This document shows, piece by piece, positions 9,605 through 19,081 of a DNA stretch of 62,619 nucleotides. Numbering within the stretch: the first letter of the stretch is position 1; each line of letters opens with the position of its first letter. The notes under the pieces were generated by a model, which saw nothing but the letters and a program-made list of their open reading frames with translations, was not told the DNA's origin and did not search any database. This stretch comes from Nitrospinota bacterium (GTDB taxonomy: Bacteria; UBA8248), in assembly GCA_030754595.1 (NCBI GenBank), contig JASLZZ010000017.1:1-62619 (forward strand). Reading direction: 5' to 3'. The position numbers and the translations under genes are program-made.

Positions 9605-10480
9605 ATGGACCCGAAAGACAGAGCGGCCACCCTTGTCGAGGCCCTGCCCTACATGCAGCGCTTCGCCGGCCAGACCATCGTCGTCAAATACGGGGGCGCC
9701 GCCCAGGTGCAAAAGGAGCTTCACGCCCCCTTTGCCCAGGACATCACCCTGCTCAAATACATCGGCATCAACATCGTCGTCGTCCACGGCGGCGGCCCCC
9801 AGATCGGCGATACGCTCGCCAAGCTCGGAAAAGCCTCCGAGTTCGTCGAGGGCCTCAGGGTCACCGACGAGGAGACCGTCGGCGTCGTCGAGATGGTCCT
9901 CGCCGGTTCGACCAACAAGGGTATCGTGCGCCTCATCAACCAACACGGCGGCAAGGCGGTCGGCCTCTCGGGCTCGGACGCCGGCCTCACCTCGGCCACC
10001 AAGCTCACCCTCAGCCGGACGGGCGACGACGGCGCCGAGACCCAATTCGACCTGGGCCAGGTCGGCGAGGTCAGCCGGGTGGACCCCGCCATCATCATCC
10101 ACCTCACCGGAGGCGGCTTCATCCCCGTCATCGCCCCCCTCGGCGTCGGCGATGACGGCAAGGTCTACAACATCAACGCCGACTCGGCGGCCGGCGCCGT
10201 CGCGGGCGCCCTCGGGGCCGAGAAATTCATCCTCCTGACCGATGTGCCGGGAATCCTGGACGAGGAGGGCGGACTGATGAGCACCCTGAACCGGGACGAC
10301 ATTAACGGCCTCAAGGCCTCGGGCGTCATCAAGGGGGGCATGCTCCCCAAGGTGGACGCCTGCCTCGGGGCCCTTTCGAGCGGCGTCAACAAGGCGCACA
10401 TCGTTGACGGCCGGGTTCCCCACGCCGTCCTGCTCGAACTGTTCACCGACGAAGGGATCGGGACCGAAATTCTCGCCTGA
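9605..10480 (+). CDS. argB: Acetylglutamate kinase
   Basis: VVKYGG, VVHGGGPQI, NINAD, GGMLPKV. Confidence 0.96.
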   Translation: MDPKDRAATLVEALPYMQRFAGQTIVVKYGGAAQVQKELHAPFAQDITLLKYIGINIVVVHGGGPQIGDTLAKLGKASEFVEGLRVTDEETVGVVEMVLAGSTNKGIVRLINQHGGKAVGLSGSDAGLTSATKLTLSRTGDDGAETQFDLGQVGEVSRVDPAIIIHLTGGGFIPVIAPLGVGDDGKVYNINADSAAGAVAGALGAEKFILLTDVPGILDEEGGLMSTLNRDDINGLKASGVIKGGMLPKVDACLGALSSGVNKAHIVDGRVPHAVLLELFTDEGIGTEILA

Positions 10481-10505
10481 TCCCGCCACGCAGAAAGGAC
10501 CGCCG

Positions 10506-11699
10506 ATGTCGAACCAGGAGTTGACCGCCCTCGCGGAAAAGTACGTAGCCCCCACCTACGGCCGTTATCCGGTCGCCCTGGTCCGGGGCGAGGGCTGCCG
10601 CGTTTGGGACGCCGACGGGAAAGAATACCTCGACTTCGTGTCCGGCATCGCCGTCTGCAACCTCGGCCATTGCCACCCGGGGGTGACCGAGGCCATCCGA
10701 AAGCAGGCCGGCGAAATCGTTCACGTCTCGAACCTCTATCACATAGAGCCCCAGATAGAGCTCGCCAGGCGACTCTGCGAAAACTCATTCGCCGACAAGG
10801 CGTTCTTCTGCAACAGCGGAACCGAAGCCTGCGAAGCCGCCATCAAGCTCGCCCGAAAATATACGTACAAAAAACACGGCGAGGGGCGCAACGAAATCCT
10901 CACCTTCGACATGAGCTTTCACGGGCGGACCATGGCCTCGCTCTCGGCGACGGCGCAGGAAAAGTTCCACAAGGGCTTCTCCCCGCTCCTTCCCGGCTTC
11001 CGGCACATTCCATTCAACGATGTCGAATCCGCCGCTGCCGCCGTTTCGGAGAAGACCTGCGCGATCATGGTCGAACCCATCCAGGGCGAGGGCGGCATAC
11101 GCATTCCTTCGGAGGGCTACCTCCAGGAGCTGCGGGAGATTTGCGACGCCAACGATCTGCTCCTCATGTTCGACGAGGTTCAGGTCGGCATGGGCCGGAC
11201 GGGCAAGCTCTGGGCCTACGAGCACTTTGGCGTAGAGCCCGACGTCATGGCCCTGGCCAAGGCACTGGGGGGCGGAACCGCCATCGGCGCGATTGTCGCT
11301 ACGGACAAAGCCATGGCCTTCGAGCCGGGCGATCATGCCGCCACCTTCGGCGGAAATTATCTCGCTACGGCGGCGGGGTGCGCGGCCATCGACGCCACCC
11401 TCGCCCCCGGTTTTCTGGACCATGTCACCGAAATGGGCGAATTCGCGCGCGCGGGGCTCCGGGAACTGGCCACCCGCCATCCGATCATCAAGGATGTCCG
11501 GGGCAAAGGACTCATTATCGGCTGCGAGATCGACGGGGATGCCGCCTCCGTCGTGCCCAAGGCGCTCGAAGCAGGATTTTTGTTGCTCGCCGCGGTCGGA
11601 ACGGTCATCCGGCTGATCCCTCCCCTCTTGGTGGAAAAAGAAATGATCGGGCGGCTGCTCGAATTCCTGGACGGCGCGCTAAAGGATATGGCGGAATGA
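10506..11699 (+). CDS. argD: Acetylornithine aminotransferase
   Basis: CNSGTEA, FHGRT, EPIQGEGG, FDEVQ and LAKALGGG (PLP Lys); ATG at 10506. Confidence 0.93.
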   Translation: MSNQELTALAEKYVAPTYGRYPVALVRGEGCRVWDADGKEYLDFVSGIAVCNLGHCHPGVTEAIRKQAGEIVHVSNLYHIEPQIELARRLCENSFADKAFFCNSGTEACEAAIKLARKYTYKKHGEGRNEILTFDMSFHGRTMASLSATAQEKFHKGFSPLLPGFRHIPFNDVESAAAAVSEKTCAIMVEPIQGEGGIRIPSEGYLQELREICDANDLLLMFDEVQVGMGRTGKLWAYEHFGVEPDVMALAKALGGGTAIGAIVATDKAMAFEPGDHAATFGGNYLATAAGCAAIDATLAPGFLDHVTEMGEFARAGLRELATRHPIIKDVRGKGLIIGCEIDGDAASVVPKALEAGFLLLAAVGTVIRLIPPLLVEKEMIGRLLEFLDGALKDMAE

Positions 11700-12634
11700 C
11701 GAAACGCGATTACCTGTCGGGCCTCGAGCTGACCGCCGGGGAAACGCTGGACCTTCTCGAAAGAGCCGTCGTCCAGAAACAGGAAACCAAGGCCGGAAAG
11801 CGCCACACGAGCCTGGCGGGAAAGAACTTCGCCCTCCTTTTCGAGAAAACCTCGACGCGGACGCGGGTTTCCTTCCAGGTGGGGGTGACCCAGCTCGGCG
11901 GGAACAGCCTCTTTCTTTCGCCCAAGGACACCCAGCTCAGCCGGGGAGAAACCCTCGCCGACAGCGCCAAGGTGCTGAGCGAATACGTTGACGGTCTCAT
12001 TGTGCGCACATTCGGACACGACAGAATCGAAGAGCTCGCCGAGAACGCCTCGATTCCCGTGATCAACGGTCTCACCGATCTATATCATCCCTGTCAGGCA
12101 ATCGCCGACTTTCTCACCTTGCGCGAGCGGTTCGGGCGGGCCAAGGGCCTGAAGGTCGCCTATCTCGGAGACGGGAACAACGTCACCCACTCCCTCCTCC
12201 TCGTCGGGGCGCTGATCGGCGTGAATATCAGCGCCGCCTGCGCCCCGGGATTCGAGCCGGACGAAAGCGTGGTCTCCCGGGCGCGCGGCCTCGCCTCCTC
12301 CTCGGGGGCCGAGATAGTGATCACCTCGGATGTCCAGGAGGCCTGTAGCGGCGCCCACGCCGTCTATACCGACGTCTGGGTGTCGATGGGCCAGGAAAAC
12401 GAGGCGAACCGGCGGAAGAAGGCGCTCGCCCCCTATCAGGTGAACGAGGACGTCTTCCGGGATGCCGATCCGGGCGCCATTTTCATGCACTGCCTTCCGG
12501 CCCACCGGGGCGAGGAAGTCGAGGACGAAATGATCGACGGCCCCCGGAGCGCGGTCATTCAGCAGGCGGGAAACCGCCTTCACGCCCAGAAGATACTTCT
12601 TGAACTCCTGGCGGGAGAGAAAAATGGCGTCTAA
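11696..12634 (+). CDS. argF: Ornithine carbamoyltransferase
   Basis: STRT, HPCQ, HCLP motifs; true start is the ATG at 11696, not the 10604 of the ORF track. Confidence 0.95.
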   Translation: MTKRDYLSGLELTAGETLDLLERAVVQKQETKAGKRHTSLAGKNFALLFEKTSTRTRVSFQVGVTQLGGNSLFLSPKDTQLSRGETLADSAKVLSEYVDGLIVRTFGHDRIEELAENASIPVINGLTDLYHPCQAIADFLTLRERFGRAKGLKVAYLGDGNNVTHSLLLVGALIGVNISAACAPGFEPDESVVSRARGLASSSGAEIVITSDVQEACSGAHAVYTDVWVSMGQENEANRRKKALAPYQVNEDVFRDADPGAIFMHCLPAHRGEEVEDEMIDGPRSAVIQQAGNRLHAQKILLELLAGEKNGV

Positions 12635-13838
12635 CCCCAAGAAAATCGTAGTGGCCTACTCGGGCGGGCTGGACACCTCGGTGATGCTCAAGTGGATTAA
12701 GGAGAAATACGGGTGCGCGGTGGTGGCCTACGCCGCCAACGTCGGGCAGGGCGACGAAGAGCTCGAAGGCCTCGAGGAAAAAGCCCTCGCGACGGGTGCC
12801 GACGAGTGCCATGTCCTCGACCTTCGGGACGAGTTCGCCGGCGACTACGTTTTTCCGATGCTCAGGGCCGGTGCGGTGTACGAGGGAAGTTACCTCCTCG
12901 GAACCTCCATCGCGCGGCCCATCATCGCCAAGGGCCAGATGGACATCGTTCGGAAGACCGGAGCGGACGCCGTGGGCCATGGGGCCACCGGCAAGGGAAA
13001 CGATCAGGTCCGCTTCGAGTTGACCTACAAGGCGATCGACCCCGCCGTCCGGGTCATCGCTCCCTGGCGAGAGTGGGACTTTGGCGGAAGAAACCAACTC
13101 ATCGCCTACGCCGAGGCAAACGGCATCCCGGTTCCGGTCACCGCCGAAAAACCCTATTCGATGGACCGCAACCTTCTCCACATCAGCTTCGAGGGGGGTG
13201 TCCTCGAGGACCCCTGGGCGGAGCCGCCCGAGGACATGTTCCGCCTTTCGGTGTCTCCCGAAAATGCCCCGAACAAGCCGGCCTACGTCGAGATCGGTTT
13301 CGAGGGGGGCGATCCGGTCTCCATCGACGGCGATATTCTCGCCCCCTGCCCCCTCATGAAACGGCTGAACGCCATCGCCGGGGCGAACGGGGTGGGCCGG
13401 GTGGATTTGGTCGAAAACCGTTTCGTGGGCATGAAAAGCAGGGGCGTCTACGAGACCCCCGCCGGAACCGTGCTTCACTGCGCACGGAGAGGGGTGGAAT
13501 CGCTCACCCTGGACCGCGAGGTGCTCCATCTGCGCGACTCGCTTATCCCCAAGTACGCCGAGCTCGTCTACAACGGCTTCTGGTTCGCCCCGGAGCGGGA
13601 GTTCCTTCAGGCGGCCATCGATCAGGCCATGGCCGCCGTGACGGGGGTGGCCCGCGTCAAGCTTTACAAAGGCGCTTGCCAAGTGGTTGGGCGCAAGGCG
13701 CCGTCCGAAAACAATCTATACCAGCCCGAGCTGGCGACCTTCGAGGAGGATTCAATTTACTCCCACAAGGATGCCGAAGGATTTATCCGGCTGAACGCGC
13801 TCAGGCTCGGCGTCAGTACCCGGGGCCAGAGCGGATAA
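12624..13838 (+). CDS. argG: Argininosuccinate synthase
   Basis: [34 protein letters not shown]. Confidence 0.97.
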   Translation: MASNPKKIVVAYSGGLDTSVMLKWIKEKYGCAVVAYAANVGQGDEELEGLEEKALATGADECHVLDLRDEFAGDYVFPMLRAGAVYEGSYLLGTSIARPIIAKGQMDIVRKTGADAVGHGATGKGNDQVRFELTYKAIDPAVRVIAPWREWDFGGRNQLIAYAEANGIPVPVTAEKPYSMDRNLLHISFEGGVLEDPWAEPPEDMFRLSVSPENAPNKPAYVEIGFEGGDPVSIDGDILAPCPLMKRLNAIAGANGVGRVDLVENRFVGMKSRGVYETPAGTVLHCARRGVESLTLDREVLHLRDSLIPKYAELVYNGFWFAPEREFLQAAIDQAMAAVTGVARVKLYKGACQVVGRKAPSENNLYQPELATFEEDSIYSHKDAEGFIRLNALRLGVSTRGQSG

Positions 13839-14014
13839 AAAGGGCCGCTTGCGCGCAGGGCCGGGAAGCCGCAGACCCCAGGAAAGCCCGCGGGGACCCC
13901 TGCAGACTGCGGGCCCGGAGAGACTCTTTTCGGAGGGAATCTTTTCGGGCCTTCGCCGGTTATACCCCAAGATGAGATGCCGGAAGGCCGCTAACCGCCA
14001 CTGGGAGAGGGGCA

Positions 14015-14638
14015 TTGAGACGTATTCAATTACATTACAATATGTTATCGGTAGCTGCGCTTTTCGCGGCGGTCCTCGCCGGGCCGGTTCCGGGGGCCTC
14101 CGCGAAGCACGAAAAGAGCCTCCAGGACCTGAATTTATCGGCCCTGATGAGCGAGATGAAAGTTCAGGCCATCAAGCCGGTTCCGCTTCCGGCGTTCACG
14201 CTCCCCGATCTGGTGGGCAAGGAATTCGTGATCAAGGACCACGTCGGCAAGGTCATTTTAATCAACTTCTGGACGACCTACTGACCCTGGTGCGCACGGG
14301 AGCGGGCCGCTTTCGAGAAGATTTTTAACGAATACCGGGAACAGGGTTTCACCATCGTCGCCATCTCGATGGACCGGGACACGTCGCTCGTCAAACCCTT
14401 CGTCGAAAAATACGGCCTCACCTTCACGAACCTGCTCGACCCGGCCGGCAAGGTGCACCCGATGTTCAACGCGCGCTATACGCCCACGAATTTTCTGGTG
14501 AACCGGGCGGGTTATGTCATCGGAGGAAGCCTCGGCTACCGCGACTGGGGATCCACCAAGGCCCGCCATCTCATCGAAGCGCTGTTGGCCGAGAAGAAAC
14601 CGGAAAATTTGTCCGAAAAAACCAAGTCGAAAAACTAG
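14015..14638 (+). CDS. Exported TlpA/ResA-family thiol-disulfide oxidoreductase; probable selenoprotein (UGA at 14282-14284, UxxC)
   Basis: ORFs 14015-14284 and 14369-14638 share a frame and are separated only by one TGA, giving GKVILINFWTTY-U-PWC, then cis-Pro loop YTPTNFLV. N-terminal signal peptide ends ASA. Confidence 0.85.
14297..14315 (+). promoter_or_regulatory. Putative bacterial SECIS hairpin
   Basis: CGGGAGCG-GGC-CGCTTTCG stem-loop starting 12 nt after the UGA, with a G-led apical loop about 20 nt downstream. Confidence 0.55.
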
Positions 14639-14840
14639 GCTTCCGGCCGGATCGGACAGGGCGCCAAAACCGCTTCGCAACGCCTCCGCCGGGTCTGACA
14701 TGCCCGGCCTTAAAGGCGACCCCCAATCATTTTATTTCACGGAATAAAACCAGAAGATTCTTGGGGATGTTACGGGCCGTTAAGCCACAAGCCTTTGGCG
14801 CGCCGCCCGCAGGGGATCTTAGGTACGCCGCCCGCAGGGC

Positions 14841-15773
14841 CTAGGCCTTCGCCGCCGATTTCTTGCCCGCACGGGAAGATTTTCCGGCCCCCTTGCCCGG
14901 CCAGGCGAGCAAAAGCGGGCTGGCGATGTAAACCGAGGAGTAGGTTCCGGCGATGATGCCGACCACCAGGGTGAAGGCGACGTCGGCGATGACTTCCCCG
15001 CCGAGAACCAGAAAGGCGATGACGGCGACCAGCGTCGTCCCCGAGGTGAGCACCGTCCGCGAAAGGGTCTGGTTCACCGACCGGTTGATGAGGGCCGAGA
15101 ACTCCGAGCGGCGCGAGAGGCGCGTGTTCTCCCGGATGCGATCGAATACCACGATAGTGTCGTTGAGCGAATAGCCGATGATCGTCAGCAGCGCCGCCAC
15201 TATCGGCAGGGAAAACTCCTTGCCCGAGATGACGAACACCCCCATCGTCACGATAACGTCGTGCAGCAGGGCGATGACCGCGGCGACGGCCTGTCGGAAC
15301 TGAAACCTGAAGCTCACATAGAGCAGGATGCCGACCAGGGCGAAGATCATGCTGCTCATGGCCTTCTCGCGGAGATCGGCGCCGACCTTGGGGCCCACGC
15401 TCTCGGTCCGGCGAACCTCGAAGGAGCCGCTCCCGAATTTTTTGGACAGCGTGCCGGCCACCAGTTCGCCCACCCCCCGCGTCGAACCGAGGCTCTTTTC
15501 GACGCGGATGAGAAACTCGCGGTCCGATCCAAAATTCTGGACCACGACATCGCCCAGCGAGAGGGCGCTCACCGCCCCTCGGACGTCGCCGATGGGCTGG
15601 GCCTTATTAAACTGGATCTGGACCAGGGTGCCGCCCGTGAAATCGATGCCCATGTTGAGGCCCACCGCGGCGAGCAGGAGGATAGAGACGGCCACGGCCC
15701 CGCCCGAGACGCCCGCGAAAAACCGCCATTTACCGATAAAGTCGAAATTCGTGTCCGTCCTAAATATTTGCAT
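14841..15773 (-). CDS. secF: Protein translocase subunit SecF
   Basis: GIDFTGG, ESVGP, GYSLNDTIVVFDRIRE. Confidence 0.96.
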   Translation of the reverse strand: MQIFRTDTNFDFIGKWRFFAGVSGGAVAVSILLLAAVGLNMGIDFTGGTLVQIQFNKAQPIGDVRGAVSALSLGDVVVQNFGSDREFLIRVEKSLGSTRGVGELVAGTLSKKFGSGSFEVRRTESVGPKVGADLREKAMSSMIFALVGILLYVSFRFQFRQAVAAVIALLHDVIVTMGVFVISGKEFSLPIVAALLTIIGYSLNDTIVVFDRIRENTRLSRRSEFSALINRSVNQTLSRTVLTSGTTLVAVIAFLVLGGEVIADVAFTLVVGIIAGTYSSVYIASPLLLAWPGKGAGKSSRAGKKSAAKA

Positions 15774-17320
15774 TAGATGCTCAGGCTCCTGATGTCTGTC
15801 CGCGTGAGGGCCAGGTCGTAGACGAAGCGGGTCACGAAAATGGCGGTGAACATCGAGGCGATGATGCCGATGCTCAGCGTGATGGCGAAACCCTTGATGG
15901 GTCCGGTCCCGAACTGAAGGAGGACCAGGGCCGCGATCAGCGTCGTCACGTTGGCGTCGAGAATCGTGTAAAACGCCTTGCCGTAGCCGGCGTCGATGGC
16001 CGAGCGGACGGTCTTGCCGAGGCGGAGTTCTTCACGTATGCGCTCAAAAATCAATACGTTGGCGTCAACCGCCATGCCTACCGTCAGCACCACCCCGGCG
16101 ATGCCCGGCAGCGTCAGCGTCGCCTCGAAAAATCCCAGCGCCCCGACCAACAAAAGTAGATTCATCAACAGGGCCAGGACCGCCACGCTCCCGCTCCACC
16201 TGTAGTAGACGGCCATGAAGATCATCACCAGAAAAAATCCGACGATGATGCTCACCACCCCCTGGCGGACCGAGTCGGCCCCGAGCGAGGGACCCACGTT
16301 GCGCTCCTCCAAGACCTCGACCGGCGCTGGCAGCGCGCCCGCCCTAAGGGCGATGGCCAGGTCCCTCGCCTCCTCCATCGTGAACCCGCCGGTGATCTGC
16401 GCCCTCCCGCCCGAGATCCGTTCCTGGATGACGGGTGCGCTATAGACCACCCCGTCCAGGACGATCGCCAGCTGTCGGCCCACGTTCGCCGCCGTGATGC
16501 GGTCAAACGCCGACGCGCCGACCGAGTCGAAGCTCACCGTCACGTAGGGCTCGCTGAAGCGGTCGCCGATCTCCACCCGCGCGTTCGTCAGGTTGTCTCC
16601 CGTCAGCGAAGATTCCTTTTTTACCACCACCGGTGTCCGGCTGACGACCTCCCCGGTCAGCTTGTCGCGCGCGATCCTGTAGAGGAGTTGAAGCCCCTCA
16701 GGCGCCCCCGATTTCTCCGCTTCGGCCGGGTTGGCTTGGGGGTCCACCATCTTGAATTCGAGCAGCGCCGTCTTGCCGATCAGCGCCTTCGCGCGGGAGG
16801 GGTCCTTCACCCCCGGAAGCTGAATAATGATCCGCCGCGCGCCCTGCCGCTGCAGGGTGGGCTCGCGGACGCCGAATTGATCGATGCGGTTTCTGATCGT
16901 CTCGAGGGCCTGGACGATGGCCTGATCCATCGTCTGCCGGGCCACCTCGGCCGGATACGAGTAAACGTAGATGGGAGGCGTTCCCTCCGTGCTCTGAAGC
17001 GCCAGATCCGGATAGTCGCCCATCAGGGTCGTGAACTTCACGCGGTCCGAGTCGCGGTGGAGGGCGACGACGACCTGCCGTCCCTCCCGGCGAAGGCTCC
17101 GGGTGCGGACATCGCCGGCCGCGAGACGATCCTTGAGCTCAGCGAAGTAGCGGTCGATTTTCGCCGTCACCGCTTTTTCCGCCTGCACTTCGAGGACCAG
17201 GTGTATCCCGCCCTGAAGATCGAGGCCCAGGTTGATTCGCTCCTTGGGAGGAACCATGAAAAAGGCCGCGACCAAAACAACGGCGGCGATCACGGCCCCG
17301 CGCCAACTCAGCCCTTTCAT
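15773..17320 (-). CDS. secD: Protein translocase subunit SecD
   Basis: LGLDLQGG, GPSLG, GMAVDANVLIFERIREE. Confidence 0.96.
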   Translation of the reverse strand: MKGLSWRGAVIAAVVLVAAFFMVPPKERINLGLDLQGGIHLVLEVQAEKAVTAKIDRYFAELKDRLAAGDVRTRSLRREGRQVVVALHRDSDRVKFTTLMGDYPDLALQSTEGTPPIYVYSYPAEVARQTMDQAIVQALETIRNRIDQFGVREPTLQRQGARRIIIQLPGVKDPSRAKALIGKTALLEFKMVDPQANPAEAEKSGAPEGLQLLYRIARDKLTGEVVSRTPVVVKKESSLTGDNLTNARVEIGDRFSEPYVTVSFDSVGASAFDRITAANVGRQLAIVLDGVVYSAPVIQERISGGRAQITGGFTMEEARDLAIALRAGALPAPVEVLEERNVGPSLGADSVRQGVVSIIVGFFLVMIFMAVYYRWSGSVAVLALLMNLLLLVGALGFFEATLTLPGIAGVVLTVGMAVDANVLIFERIREELRLGKTVRSAIDAGYGKAFYTILDANVTTLIAALVLLQFGTGPIKGFAITLSIGIIASMFTAIFVTRFVYDLALTRTDIRSLSI

Positions 17321-17400
17321 TCACGCCTCCTCGTCAAAACATAAATCATCCCGCCGGAAAGCCTCCTGCCGGAGCGGCTCCCGCCGGGATGAAGCGAAAT

Positions 17401-17781
17401 TTAGTCCTTGGACTTGTCCTTAGACTGGTCCTGGCTGGATTCGCCGCCTTCTTTCGGCGTCAAATTCGTGATGGACTGCCTCGCGAAGCGAACGCGCACG
17501 TTATCGGCCACCTTGACATGAACCACATCGTCCTTGATCCGGGTAACCTCGCCGAATATCCCGCTCGCCACCACGTTGTCGCCCACCTTCAGGGCGCTCA
17601 GCATCTCCTGATGGTCTTGCTGTTTTTTCTGCTGGGGGCGAATCATCAGAAAATAAATAATGACGAAAACGATCAGAAACGGAAACAGGCTGATCAGCAG
17701 GCTGGGCTCATCGCCGCCGGACCGGGCCATGGCGAAGGCGTCCGTCGCGCCGGTAATCAGTCCGATGAAATAACTCACCAT
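17401..17781 (-). CDS. yajC: Preprotein translocase subunit YajC
   Basis: TM helix followed by YFLMIRPQQKK and LKVGDNVV; tgt-yajC-secDF order; ATG at 17781. Confidence 0.93.
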   Translation of the reverse strand: MVSYFIGLITGATDAFAMARSGGDEPSLLISLFPFLIVFVIIYFLMIRPQQKKQQDHQEMLSALKVGDNVVASGIFGEVTRIKDDVVHVKVADNVRVRFARQSITNLTPKEGGESSQDQSKDKSKD

Positions 17782-17881
17782 GATTCGTCCTCTCCAAGAA
17801 AAAGGCGCCCGGCGGGGCGCCACACGGTTAGGTAGCAAAGGGCCCCGGCCTTGTCAAGCAAACGCATGCATAATCAGGGCT

Positions 17882-19081
17882 TTAGTCTGCCTCATTTGCC
17901 TCTTCCGGCAAAGGCCCGCCCGGTCTTCCAGGCCCCGCCCCACCAAGCGGCCCCTCCGAGTCGGTCCCCAGCGGCCCCGCCAGCAATTCCTCGGCCCAGT
18001 CCGAGAATTCTCCCCCGCGAATCGCCTCTCGCGCCCCCCGGAGAAGCTCCTGATAAAAGAAAAGGTTGTGCATCGTCATCAGACGGTAGCCCAGCATCTC
18101 CTTGGCCCTGAAAAGATGGCGCAGATAGGCCCGACTGAAGCCCCGGCGACAGGCGGGACAGCCGCAGCCCTCCTCGATGGGGCCGGCCTCCTCGGCGTTC
18201 TCCGCATTTTTAATCGAAACCCGCCCGGCCCGGGTAAACAGATTGCCGCGCCGGGCGTGGCGGGTCGGCATGACGCAATCGAAGATATCGGCCCCGCGCC
18301 CGACCCCCCGAATCAGATCGCCGGGCGTCCCCATCCCCATGACGTAGCGGGGCTTCTCCGCCGGAAGAAGGTCCGTCGCGGCGTTCAGCAACGCGTCCGT
18401 CTCCCACTTCCCCTCCCCCAAGCACAGGCCTCCGACGGCATAACCGTCGAGATCGAGGGCCACGAGCTGCCGGGCGCTTTCCCTCCTCAAATCCTCGAAA
18501 GCGCCCCCCTGGACGATGCCGAAGAGAGACTGGTCCCCCCGGGTGTGGGCCGCCCTCGATCGCTCCGCCCATACCGTAGTCCGGCGCAGAGCCGACTCCG
18601 CCTCGTCCCGCGTGTGGGGAAATCCCAGCGGTTCGTCGAGAACCATGGCGATGTCGGGGCCAAGCGCCTCCTGAATCTCCACCGCGCGCTCGGGGGTGAG
18701 ATTCATTCGCGCCCCGTCGAGGTGGCTCTGAAAAACGATCCCCTCGTCGGTTACCTTGGCGAGCCGGGCGAGGCTGAAAAGCTGATAACCGCCGCTGTCG
18801 GTGAGGATGGGGCCCCTCCAGCCCATGAACGAATGGAGCCCGCCCAACCGGGCGATAAGCTCCGCGCCGGGGCGCAGGGAGAGATGGTAGGCGTTGGCCA
18901 GGATGATTTGGGAGCCCACGGCGGCGAGATCGGCGGGGTCGAGCGTCTTGACCGTGGCCTGGGTCCCCACCGCCATGAAGGCGGGCGTGTCCACCGCGCC
19001 GTGAGGGGTCTCCAGGAGGCCAAGGCGCGCCTTTCCACCGGGCTGCGACGCGTGGATGCGAAAAGAAACCGCCCCGCTCAC
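17882..19081 (-). CDS. tgt: tRNA-guanine transglycosylase
   Basis: TDSGGYQ, GIVQGG, DCVMPTR, Zn site CGCPAC...H; upstream of yajC. Confidence 0.93.
   Translation of the reverse strand: MSGAVSFRIHASQPGGKARLGLLETPHGAVDTPAFMAVGTQATVKTLDPADLAAVGSQIILANAYHLSLRPGAELIARLGGLHSFMGWRGPILTDSGGYQLFSLARLAKVTDEGIVFQSHLDGARMNLTPERAVEIQEALGPDIAMVLDEPLGFPHTRDEAESALRRTTVWAERSRAAHTRGDQSLFGIVQGGAFEDLRRESARQLVALDLDGYAVGGLCLGEGKWETDALLNAATDLLPAEKPRYVMGMGTPGDLIRGVGRGADIFDCVMPTRHARRGNLFTRAGRVSIKNAENAEEAGPIEEGCGCPACRRGFSRAYLRHLFRAKEMLGYRLMTMHNLFFYQELLRGAREAIRGGEFSDWAEELLAGPLGTDSEGPLGGAGPGRPGGPLPEEANEAD

Noticed and set aside
10604..11695. Long N-terminal extension of ArgF in the 676-aa ORF
   Set aside because: It is an alternative frame overlapping argD; the real argF starts at ATG 11696.
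14282..14284. Genome-wide UGA reassignment (Trp or Gly)
   Set aside because: UGA terminates many genes here at their expected ends (hslV, argB, argD, efp).
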